In this document: one piece after another, positions 20,907-30,085 of the stretch
How positions within the stretch are numbered: the stretch's first letter is position 1
Layout of the letters: each line of letters starts with the position of its first letter
NCBI GenBank assembly: GCA_965198185.1
Contig: CBDAOU010000001.1
Span: 925,385 to 989,384, forward strand
DNA: 64,000 nt
Direction of reading: 5' to 3'
Source of the DNA: Chloroflexota bacterium
Lineage (GTDB): Bacteria > Chloroflexota > UBA11872
Made by a program: the position numbers and the translations under genes
The notes under the pieces: model-generated
Told to the model about the DNA's origin: nothing
The model's input: the letters and a program-made list of their open reading frames with translations, nothing else
Database searches by the model: none

Positions 20907-22816
20907 CTATTCATCCGACGAAGCCCTGGGCGAAGCGCTGCGGGAGTATTTCGCGGCGGAAGCCCCCTCGCTGCGCGCGCCCACGAACCTGTGGAACTCC
21001 CTGGAGGGGCGTCTCGAAGAGCCCCGGCGCATCCCGCGCATTCGACGCAAGGTCCTGGCCGCCGCCTCGCGCTATTGGTTCCCCGCCATGGCCACCGGCG
21101 GAGCGGTCGCGGCGGGAGCCGTGCTAGCGGTCTGGGCGACTTCGGCCAATTTGGGCGAAGCGCAAGTCGTCGAGAATGATGTCGTGACTCAGGAAGTAAT
21201 CAGGCAGAAGGTCCCGGTCGAGACCGTCGTCAGGAAGGAAGTGATCAAGGAGGTCGCGGTCGAGAGGATCGTGACGCAGGAAGTGATCAAGGAGGTCGTG
21301 GTCGAGAAGATCGTCGAGGTCCGAGAAAGTTGTGACTCACGGCCCAGAGCAGAGGCGTTCCTGCCGGCGGCGACCGCCGGCGACGACCTTCCAGGACAAT
21401 AGGCCAGCCGCGTAGTCGCTACGGCCGACGACGCGATTTCGACCTTCAGCCTGGACACCGACCGCACGTCGTACCAGCTGGCGCTCACCTGGGCGCAGCA
21501 GGGCTACGACATCGAGCCGGACTCGGTGCGGGCCGAAGAGTGGATCAACGCCTTCAACTACCAGTACGCGCCGCCGGCGGACGATTGGGGCTTCGCGATC
21601 ACCAGCGACCTCGTCGCGCATCCGCTGGAGGAGCGCAAGCACCTGGTCCGGATTGGGTTCCAGGCGGCGGAAGTTCCGGACGACCGTCCGCTCAACGTGA
21701 CGTTGGTGCTCGATGCCTCGGGCTCGATGCGCGATGGCAACCGCGTGGACATCGCGCGCTCGGCGGCGGAGGCCATTCGGCAGCCTGCGCCCGCAGGATC
21801 GGGTGGCGGTGGTGCACTTCACCACCGATGTGATCCACCATCTGACCGTGGACCATCGGTCGCCTGACGACTCCTCGGTCGAGTCCTCGATTGCGCAGCT
21901 GTCGCCGGGTGGCAGCACCAACGTGCAGGCGGGACTGAACCTGGGGGTGCAGCTGGCCAACCGGGCGCGGCTGGAACGGCCCGAGGCGCACAACTACGTC
22001 ATCCTGATGTCGGACGGGGTGGCCAACGTGGACGCCACCAACCCGTTCGCGATCCTGGAGTCGGCCTACGACCGGGACGCCGGCAACCCGCTGCGGCTCA
22101 TCACCGTCGGCGTGGGGATCAACAACTACAACGACGTGTTGCTGGAGCAGCTGGCGCAGCACGGCAACGGGTGGTACCGCTACCTCGACGACCCCGACCA
22201 GGCGCGGGTCACGTTCAGCCGGGCGAACTGGCTGGCGCTGTCGACGCCCTTCGCGGACCAGACGCGGGCCCAGGTGACCTGGGACCCGGACGTGGTCAAG
22301 TCGTGGCGGATCATCGGGTATGAGAACCGGGTGACGTCGGACGCGAGCTTCGCGGAGGACCGCAAGGAATTCGCGGAGCTGCCCTCGGGCACGGCGACGA
22401 CGGTGTACTACGAGGTGGAGCTGCAGGACGGCGTGCGCCGTGGTGGTGACCTCAAGCTGGGCCGGGTGGAGTTGCGCTGGGTGGTGCCGGAGACGGGCCA
22501 ATCGCGCAGCCAGCAGGTGGAGGTGACGGGGCGCCCCGACAGCAGCTTCGGCAGCGCGGCGGTGGATCCGCTCCTGCGGCTGGGCGGCATCGTGGCGCTG
22601 GCGGCGGACCGCTACAGCAGTCTGCCGCGAGGCGCGGACGACGGCGCGGCTGGGGTGTCCACCGACCTGGCCATCCTGCAGGAGGAGCTGGGGACGCTGG
22701 CCGGTCCGCTGGGCGGGCTGGACGCCTACCGCGACTTCCGCTTCCTGCTGGAGCGCATGGCGGAGCGGGCCTACCAACAGGCCCCGCCGGAAGCCCCCTC
22801 CGGCTACAGCCGCTAG
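20896..22816 (+). CDS. Putative anti-sigma N-terminus + TM + V/E/K repeats + YfbK-like vWA domain; several frameshifts (about 21325-21415 and 21780)
   Basis: APxxLW anti-sigma-like head, TM helix, KEVVVEKIVEV repeats, STFSLDTDRTSY, VRAEEWINAFNYQY, MIDAS LDASGSM, ILMSDGVANV, IGYENR. Confidence 0.7.
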
Positions 22817-22822
22817 CCCTTT

Positions 22823-22855
22823 GGCGCCTGCCGGTCACCCCGACCGGCAGGCGCC
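22823..22855. terminator. GC-rich hairpin after vWA gene
   Basis: ggcgcctgccggtc-acccc-gaccggcaggcgcc (14-bp stem); repeated at 24389-24421. Confidence 0.65.
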
Positions 22856-22992
22856 GCGGCTGCTGGCCAAAGAGGAGTTGGCCCGCTCGCAATCCAGTTG
22901 CGCGCGCTGGGCGGGCTGTGTGCGGGCAACCGGCGGCTCACCCGTGACCGTTGGCGACTGCGGGTGCTCGCCCAAGTATTTGGCTCAGGAAT

Positions 22993-24382
22993 GGAACGTT
23001 TGCGCCCAAACCGGCGTATTTCTCTATGCAATGCCCCGCATAGCGCGGGCTTGGAGGGCGGATCATGACGGATGCAAGGGCTGTTCGGCACGATCAGGAC
23101 GGTGATCGTGAAGTGATCGACCACCAAGTGGCCAAAGCCACGCGAGGGCACCGGCTCGGTGGAAGGATCCCCGGGTGTCAGGCGGCTTCGGCGCAAGGTC
23201 CTGGCCGCCGTGGCCCACTGCCGGATCGCCGCCGTGGTCACCGGCGCGGCGGTCGCGGTGGCGGTCCTCGCCGCAACGGCGTGCGGCGAAGCGCAGGTCG
23301 TCGAGAAGACCGTGACAGTCACCGAGGTCCCAGCGGCCGCGGCTGAAGCCCCGTCGCCCGCCATGACAGCAGCCCCGACGGCAGCCGCGGGCAGCCCCGG
23401 CGATGCCGGCGCCGACGGCGGCCGCGAGGGCCATCGAAAAGGTCGTGGCAAGGAGGTCCGGTCGAGACGGTGGTCATGAGAAAAGGGTGGTCGCGGTCGA
23501 GACGCCGCAGAATCTGCCGAACGCGTCGTGGTCGGAGCTGGGACGGCCCCTCCCGCCGCCGCAATGGCGGCCTCTGCTGGAAGGTGGTCACCGTGGAGGC
23601 CGTCGCGGCGGATCGGCTTCCGAAGCGGCGACCGCGGACGCGCCTCCCGGACGGTCGACCTCACAGCTGGTGAGGTCGATGAGCGCTGCACTGAGTACCT
23701 GCAATACCGCGACGTACCGCGGGCCGCGGGTCCACGATGTCGATGTGTCGGAGCGCTTCACCATCACGGTCCTCGACGCGCTTGGTCGCCCGGTGCAAAC
23801 GCCGCGGTGTCGGTATCAGCCGGAGAGGAGACCGGGCCAGGGGCGCACGTACGCCATGGCAGACCCTGTTCTTCCCCCGCGCATTTCCTGGCGGACGGGG
23901 TGGCCAACGCCAGATCCTTCCGACGGCAGCTTCGGAGCGCGGCGGTGGACCCGCTCGCTGCGGCTGGGCGGCATCGTGGCGCTGGCGGCGGACCGCTACA
24001 GCAGCCTGCCGCGGGGCGCTGGACGACGGCTCCGCGGCTGCGGGTGTCCACCGACCTGGCCATCCTGCGACCGCGGAGACGAGCGGGTGACTTCGGACGC
24101 GACGCTTGAGCACCATTCGGATCCGCCGACGGCGGCGGATACACCGGAGTCGCTCAACGAAGCGCTCGACACGTGGCCGTCCATACGCCCAACTGGCGGC
24201 TTGACGATGCGATCCGGCTGATCGTTCTGGTAGCCGACGCGCCGCCGCACTTGGACTACGTCGAGGACTACGACTTGCCGCCTCGAAGCCTGGAGCGCAT
24301 CGCCTGGCGGAGCGGGAATACATCTTCCGGCTACCACGATGGGCAGGCCCCGCCGGAAGCCCCCTCCGGCTACAGCCGCTAG
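22993..24382 (+). pseudogene. Degenerate mosaic second copy of the ECF/anti-sigma-vWA unit
   Basis: Same promoter, start MTDARAVRHDQDGDRE, RRKVLAA and GEAQVVE blocks, near-identical 23922-24068 and 24344-24382, interleaved with fragments of a different vWA family; many indels. Confidence 0.7.
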
Positions 24383-24388
24383 CCAATT

Positions 24389-24421
24389 GGCGCCTGCCGG
24401 TCACCGCGACCGGCAGGCGCC
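24389..24421. terminator. GC-rich hairpin, duplicate of 22823-22855
   Basis: ggcgcctgccggtc-accgc-gaccggcaggcgcc. Confidence 0.65.
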
Positions 24422-24453
24422 GGTGCCAGCGGGGTCACACTGGCGACTCGGAC

Positions 24454-24477
24454 GGGCGCCCACAAGGGACGCCCTAC
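24454..24477 (-). repeat. GTAG-type REP element
   Basis: Minus strand GTAGGGCGTCCCTTGTGGGCGCCC; sister copy at 39104-39128. Confidence 0.7.
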
Positions 24478-24499
24478 AGGTCGAACCCGCCCGGCAGCC

Positions 24500-24823
24500 C
24501 TACGGCAGCGGCGAATAGTCCGTCGGCTCGAGGAACCGGTTGTGAATGCGGGCCACGATCGGGCCGTCGGCCTCGGTATCGGCCCGGAGTTGCAGCCACT
24601 CGGGGTCGTTGATGAAGCTGCTCCACTTCCGCTCGCGGTCGGCCATGTCGGCAAAGCGCGTCAGATAGACCAGCCGGTCGCTGCGGCCCACGACCTCGTG
24701 CCAAAACCCCACCACGTGCACGCCGTGTCGCTCGAAGAAGCCCAGCGTATGCTCGCGGAAGCGCGCGTCGATCACGGGCATGCGGCCGGGAAGAATCTCG
24801 TAGATGCGCAATTCGTACAGCAT
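24500..24823 (-). CDS. NIPSNAP family protein
   Basis: MLYELRIYEILPGRM...FERHG...LVYL...W..FINDPEW...FLEPTDYSPL. Confidence 0.88.
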   Translation of the reverse strand: MLYELRIYEILPGRMPVIDARFREHTLGFFERHGVHVVGFWHEVVGRSDRLVYLTRFADMADRERKWSSFINDPEWLQLRADTEADGPIVARIHNRFLEPTDYSPLP

Positions 24824-24910
24824 GGCGGTGGGACCTCGGATGGCGAGCGCGCGGGAGCGTAGCATGGGGGCCGCGGGGACCGGGCGGTTTCGCCGGAAGA
24901 GCGCAGGGAC

Positions 24911-25321
24911 ATGTACGCCATCGTGATCGGCTGCGGACGCGCCGGCGCCGAGATCGCCGCCCGCATGGACGCGGCAGGCGATTCGGTCGTGGTCATCGAC
25001 CGCAGCCGCCATGCCTTCGGGCGACTTCCCGACGAGTTCAGCGGCTCGACACTCGTCGGCACCGCCATCGACCTCGACGTGCTGGAGGCCGCCGGCGTGG
25101 CCCGCGCCGACGTGCTCGTGGCGGCCACCTACGGCGACAACTCCAACCTCACCGCCGTCCAGCTCGCCCGCCTCAAGTACGGCGTTCCGCGCGTAATCGC
25201 CCGCGTCAAGGATCCCGTACGCGCCCGCGTGTTCGCCGATCGCGGCGTCGAGACCATCTGCTCCACGGACATCATCGCCGGCGCGGTCATGGACCGGATC
25301 GCGGACTCCCCGGCGGCCTAG
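24911..25321 (+). CDS. trkA: TrkA-N (RCK) potassium uptake regulatory protein
   Basis: IVIGCGRAG Rossmann motif, AATYGDNSN, VIARVKDP. Confidence 0.8.
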   Translation: MYAIVIGCGRAGAEIAARMDAAGDSVVVIDRSRHAFGRLPDEFSGSTLVGTAIDLDVLEAAGVARADVLVAATYGDNSNLTAVQLARLKYGVPRVIARVKDPVRARVFADRGVETICSTDIIAGAVMDRIADSPAA

Positions 25322-25323
25322 CC

Positions 25324-25996
25324 GTGTTCATCAGTCATCGCTGGCGGCGGCAAGGTGGGCGCCGCGCTGGCGCACGACCTGCCGCCCGGCGGGCACGAAA
25401 TCGTCGTCCTTGAGAAAAACCGCCGCAAGGCGCAGGACCTGGAGGATGAGCTCGGCGCCTCGGTCATTCCCCACGACGCCTCCGAGGGCCGCTGGCTCTC
25501 GACGGCGGGAGTGGCGCGGGCCGACCTCGTGATCGCCGTCACCGGCGACGACGAGGACAACCTCGTGATCTGCCAGCTCGCCCGTGCGTTGTCCAACGGT
25601 CGGGCGCGCACCATCGCCCGTCTCAATAACCCCAAGAACCAAGACGCCTTTCGCCTCCTCGATATCGAGGCCATCGTCAACGCCACCGACTTGGTCATGA
25701 GCATGATCGAGCGCGATTTAGGCGCAGCGTCCATCGTGCACCTCATGCGTCTGCGCTCCGCGGGCCTTGAGATCGTTGAGCTGACGGTGGCTGAGGATTC
25801 GGCGGCGGCCGGGTCGTCCGTCACCGAACTGCAACTTGAGCAGTTGGGGACCCGGGTTGCCGTCGTGCTGCGTGGCGACGACGCGCTATTCACCTTCACG
25901 GACGTCGTGCTCGCGCCCGGCGACACCGTGGTCGCCGTCGTCGCAATCGCTAACGAGAGCGCCGTCCGCTCCCGTTTCGACGCCGCCCACTTCTAG
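25324..25996 (+). CDS. trkA: TrkA N+C protein; 1-nt insertion near 25333
   Basis: gtgttcatc(a)gtcatcgctggcggcggcaaggtg restores MFIVIAGGGKVG; AVTGDDEDNL, IARLNNPKN, C-terminal RCK_C. Confidence 0.8.
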
Positions 25997-26150
25997 GCTG
26001 CCAAGCGTCAGCGGCCGCTCCCGGTCCGTCTCGAGAGAGTCGCGGCTTCGGATCCGGTATCGGGGAGCCGGGTCATAGCCCACCCACGGACGATGCCCAT
26101 GGCCGTCTGCCAGTCGCCCGCGGCCTATTGGCGGGGCGGCCGGACTCTCT

Positions 26151-26822
26151 CTACGCGGGCGGGGCTTCCTCCGGCGGCGCTTCTGCGGCCTCGCCTTCCT
26201 CGCCCGGCTCGATCTCCACTTCGTCGAGGTCGAGCTCCTCCTCCTCGATGTCGTCCGCTTGCGCCCGCAGCACGTGGACCCCCACCACCGATTCCGCGGG
26301 ATCGCCCACGGGCGTATAGGTGCCGTCCACCGCGCGCAGGTCAGCCACCACCACCTCGTCGCCAGGACCTTCCAGGCCCGCGACACTGGCCACCAGCGCC
26401 GATGGAATCTCGGACGGAAGGGCGGTGACCTCCAGCGTCGTGAGGGATTGAATCACCGTCACGCCCATCACTGCTGCCGCCGGCGCCGTCCCCTCAAGCT
26501 CAATCCCCACCTCGACCGTCACCGGCTTGGTCAGATCGACCCGCCGGAACGTCGCGTGCAGCAAGCGGTCGGTGATGGTGTCCAGCTCGTACTCGTCGAA
26601 CAGCACCGCCTCGGTTGTACCGTCGCACTCAAGGTCCAGCAGACGACCGTCGGCGCCGTGCCGCACCAGCGTGGCCAGCGCACGCTCATCCACCTGCACG
26701 GCTGTCGACGGCTGGTTCGGCGTGACGAGATTGGCCGGAATCACACCGGACTGCCGCAGACGCTTGACCGCGCGGCCGCGCACGGTGCGGGATTCGGCCT
26801 GGAGGCGTGGACGTTCAGGCAC
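26151..26822 (-). CDS. rplY: 50S ribosomal protein L25/CTC
   Basis: RTVRGRAVKRLRQSGVIPA, LLHATFRRVDLT, acidic tail. Confidence 0.88.
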   Translation of the reverse strand: MPERPRLQAESRTVRGRAVKRLRQSGVIPANLVTPNQPSTAVQVDERALATLVRHGADGRLLDLECDGTTEAVLFDEYELDTITDRLLHATFRRVDLTKPVTVEVGIELEGTAPAAAVMGVTVIQSLTTLEVTALPSEIPSALVASVAGLEGPGDEVVVADLRAVDGTYTPVGDPAESVVGVHVLRAQADDIEEEELDLDEVEIEPGEEGEAAEAPPEEAPPA

Positions 26823-26910
26823 TCGGATTTCCTCTGGGATGGGTTCGGCGATTTCGCCGCGAACGGTGTAGGCGGCGCCGGTGGCTCACGCACGAGCCGC
26901 GCGTAGCATG

Positions 26911-26939
26911 AGTCTAGAAACGCCGCCCCCTCGCGTCAA
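26911..26939 (-). promoter_or_regulatory. sigma70-type promoter of rplY
   Basis: Minus strand TTGACG-N17-TAGACT. Confidence 0.6.
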
Positions 26940-27018
26940 CGCCAGGCGGCGGCGCGGGCCGCGGGCGCGCCACGCTTACCGGCAGCAGGCGTTCGATCAC
27001 GAATGCAAATGAGAGCGG

Positions 27019-29922
27019 CTAGCGCACCGTGAATGTCACTGCGTCGGACGCCGTCTGGTTACCCGCCCGATCCGTCGCGATCGCCCGGAGGGTGTACGTC
27101 CCCGGCTCGGCCGTCCACCGCAGGCGGTACGGGGCGCGCTGAACCTCGCCGATTTCTTCGCCGTCAATCTCGTAGGCCACCGCCGCCAATCCGCCCGCGT
27201 CCTGCAACGCCGCCCGCAACTCCAGCACGCCGGCCGGACGTTCGTCGCCGTTGGCCAGGCCCGCCACGGCCACTGCCGGCGGCGTGTTGTCCACCACAAA
27301 CCGCCGAAACACCAAGTCCTCGCGCCCATTCGCCGCGCGCACCACCAGGCGCAGCGTGTAAGGGCCGTCGGGCAGTTGGCTCGTATCAATCGCCCGCAGC
27401 GGTTCCTCCGTCACCGGGCTCACGCCAACCGTCCCTATGCGCACCCAGCTTCCGGGCGCCGGCCCGGCGCCGTAGCGCAGCTCGAACTCCGCGAACAGCG
27501 GGCCCGCCGCCGTCCCCTGGATGTCCAGCACGCTGCGCACGCGCTCCAGCGGCACCGGGCGTGTGATGGCTGCTCGTTCCGATGCTCCGGTGGGCGCCAC
27601 CGCCGCGACGAACGCTTCGGGCGGCAGCCGCAGCGGCGAGTCTTCCGGCAGCGTCCGCTGCCACTCGTCGGCCTCGGTCGGCAGCACCACGAACACCTGC
27701 TCCTCAACCTCGTCCAGCGGCGTATCCGGGGTGGCCAGGAGCCCAGTCGGCACGTGAATGTCAAACGGCTGATGCACCATGTCCCGCTGCACCGGCACGG
27801 TTCCCGCGAGAAAGAACTCCTCCCGCGTCTCCGGTGTGAACGGCGATGGCAACAGGCCCGACAGCGCGTCGATCTCCTGCACCGCCACCGTCGCCGGTTG
27901 CGGCCACGCGAGCGCCGGCTGGCCCTCCAGCGCCGCCGACATGAACCGCTGCCAGATTGGCGCGGCTCCGCGCACCCCGGTCACGTCATCCATCGGCGTC
28001 CCGTCGGCATTGCCCACCCACACCCCCGCCACCAACTGGGGCGTGTAGCCCACCGTCAGCGCGTCGCGCGTATCCTCCGTGGTCCCCGTTTTGGCTGCTG
28101 CTGCGCGGCCGGGCAGTTGGAGATTGCGCCGCACCTCGCCGAACCCGAGCACCCGCGCCTCGTCGTCGCTGAGGATCGAGGTCATCAAGAACGCCAGCCC
28201 GGGACTAATCACTTGCGTCGCCGCGATCCGGCTCGGCGCCTCCGAAACGTCCGCCCGCACCCGCGCGCTGCAGCCGTCATCCCCCAGCTGCTCGATCACC
28301 CGGCCTCGCGCGTCCAGAATGCAGAGAATGCCGGTGGGCGCCACCGCCCGGCCCTCGTTGGCGAAGACGCCATAGGCGCTGGTCAGCTCGATCAGGCGCA
28401 CCTCATTCGAGCCCAGCGCCAATGCCGGGCCGATGCGCGACGGGTCGGTCAGCGTCGTAATTCCCAGTTGCTCCGCTAAGTCCACCGTGGGCACGAGCCC
28501 CGCGAACAGTTGCGTCCGCACCGCCGGGATGTTCAGCGAGCTTCCCAGCGCCGTGCGCACGCTCACCGGGCCGCTGAACCGCTCGCTGTAGTTGCGCGGC
28601 GCATAGGGCTCCTGTCCCACGATCGGCACGATCGTTGGGATATCCAGCAGCATCGTGGCCGGCGTATAGCCCCGCTGCAGCGCGCTGGCATAGGTGATGG
28701 GCTTGAACGCCGATCCCGGTTGCCGCGGCGCCAGCGTCACGTTCACCTGGCCGTCGATGGTCGCGTCGTTGAAGTCCAGGCTTCCCACCATGGCCAGGAT
28801 CTCGCCCGTTCCCGGCCGCAGCGCCACCAGCGCCGCGTTCGTCACCGTCTGGTCGGCCAGCGTGGCGACGTGCTCCCGCGCCGCCGTCTCGGCGTGCTGC
28901 TGTAGGTCCAAGTCCAGCGTGGTGATGATGCGCCAGCCCTGCCAGCTCACGTCCGGCCCGTAGCGCGCTTGCACTTCATCCAACACATAGCGGAAGAAGT
29001 GCGGAGCGCGAACCTCGGCCGGCTGCGGCGGCATGATCGTGATGACCTCGCGCCGGGCCGCCTCCACCCGCGCCGGGGGCGCCAGGCCGGTCTCCTCCAG
29101 CCGGTCCAGCACCCGCAGCTGCTCCCGCCGCGCCGCCGCCGGGTCCACGTGCGGATTGTCCGTGGACGGCGACCGCAATATCCCCGCCAGCAGCGCGGCC
29201 TCCGCCAACGTCACGTCATTCAACGACTTTCCAAAATAGGTCCGCGCCGCCGCCGCCACGCCGTAGCTCAGACTCCCGTAGTAGTTCTGATTGAGGTAGA
29301 GGCCCAGAATCTCGTCCTTCGAGAATCGCTCGCTGAGCCGCCAGGCCAGCACGGCCTCCTTGACCTTGCGCTCCACCGTCTCCTCGGGCGTCAGCAGCAC
29401 GTTCTTGACCAGCTGCTGCGTGATCGTGCTGGCCCCCGAGACGATCTCGCCGCCGGTGAAGTTCTGCCACAGGGCGCGCACGATGGCGCGCAACTCAACC
29501 CCTGGGTTCTCATAGAACGTGGCATCTTCCGCCGCGATCACCGCCGCCTTCACATCGGCGGGAATCGCCTCGGGCGGCACGAGCGTTCGCCGGCCCTGAC
29601 CCAGCAACTCGCCCAGCTGCCGGCCGCGCCGGTCGACGATCGTGGTGGTTTGGAACAGTCCGCTGCCGACATCCAATATCTCGTCGATCTCGGGCACGTC
29701 CGTCAGCAGCGTGCTGGCGGCCGCCGCGGCCGCGCCCACGCCGCTCGCCGCGATCACCGCGAGCACCAGCGTGGCGGCGAGGATTGACGTCGCCGCTCCG
29801 CCCGCCAGCAGCCACAGCCAAGCCGCGCCCGGCCCCCGCGATCGCCGCGGCCGGATCAGCGAACTTCGCGCAAGCCTTGCCCGCGCGTCGGGATTGACAT
29901 GGCGGCCGGCGGAGGGCCGCAT
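27019..29922 (-). CDS. Class A penicillin-binding protein (transglycosylase + transpeptidase) with C-terminal Ig-like domains
   Basis: AEDATFY, GASTITQQLVKN, RKVKE; GSAFK (SxxK), SLN, KTGT; start uncertain. Confidence 0.9.
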   Translation of the reverse strand: MRPSAGRHVNPDARARLARSSLIRPRRSRGPGAAWLWLLAGGAATSILAATLVLAVIAASGVGAAAAAASTLLTDVPEIDEILDVGSGLFQTTTIVDRRGRQLGELLGQGRRTLVPPEAIPADVKAAVIAAEDATFYENPGVELRAIVRALWQNFTGGEIVSGASTITQQLVKNVLLTPEETVERKVKEAVLAWRLSERFSKDEILGLYLNQNYYGSLSYGVAAAARTYFGKSLNDVTLAEAALLAGILRSPSTDNPHVDPAAARREQLRVLDRLEETGLAPPARVEAARREVITIMPPQPAEVRAPHFFRYVLDEVQARYGPDVSWQGWRIITTLDLDLQQHAETAAREHVATLADQTVTNAALVALRPGTGEILAMVGSLDFNDATIDGQVNVTLAPRQPGSAFKPITYASALQRGYTPATMLLDIPTIVPIVGQEPYAPRNYSERFSGPVSVRTALGSSLNIPAVRTQLFAGLVPTVDLAEQLGITTLTDPSRIGPALALGSNEVRLIELTSAYGVFANEGRAVAPTGILCILDARGRVIEQLGDDGCSARVRADVSEAPSRIAATQVISPGLAFLMTSILSDDEARVLGFGEVRRNLQLPGRAAAAKTGTTEDTRDALTVGYTPQLVAGVWVGNADGTPMDDVTGVRGAAPIWQRFMSAALEGQPALAWPQPATVAVQEIDALSGLLPSPFTPETREEFFLAGTVPVQRDMVHQPFDIHVPTGLLATPDTPLDEVEEQVFVVLPTEADEWQRTLPEDSPLRLPPEAFVAAVAPTGASERAAITRPVPLERVRSVLDIQGTAAGPLFAEFELRYGAGPAPGSWVRIGTVGVSPVTEEPLRAIDTSQLPDGPYTLRLVVRAANGREDLVFRRFVVDNTPPAVAVAGLANGDERPAGVLELRAALQDAGGLAAVAYEIDGEEIGEVQRAPYRLRWTAEPGTYTLRAIATDRAGNQTASDAVTFTVR

Positions 29923-30085
29923 CCGCGAGCTACGCACCCGCACCAGCCTCACTCTCGTAGAACTCCATTCTAAGCGTGCTCTCTCCCCCAGCCCGTTACG
30001 CCGGTCCACGGCCAGTGGGCCTTAAGCTGGCACTTGCGGTGGGCGGCGTTCGAAGGGATCGGCAGCGTCAAATGAGGCCGTGGGA

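Noticed and set aside
20896-24382. Diversity-generating retroelement (template/variable repeat) explanation for the vWA duplication
   Set aside because: No reverse transcriptase in the window; differences are indels and mixed substitutions, not adenine-specific
30026-30045. sigma54 promoter (TGGCAC) in the duplicated leader
   Set aside because: No TTGC at the required -12 spacing in either copy
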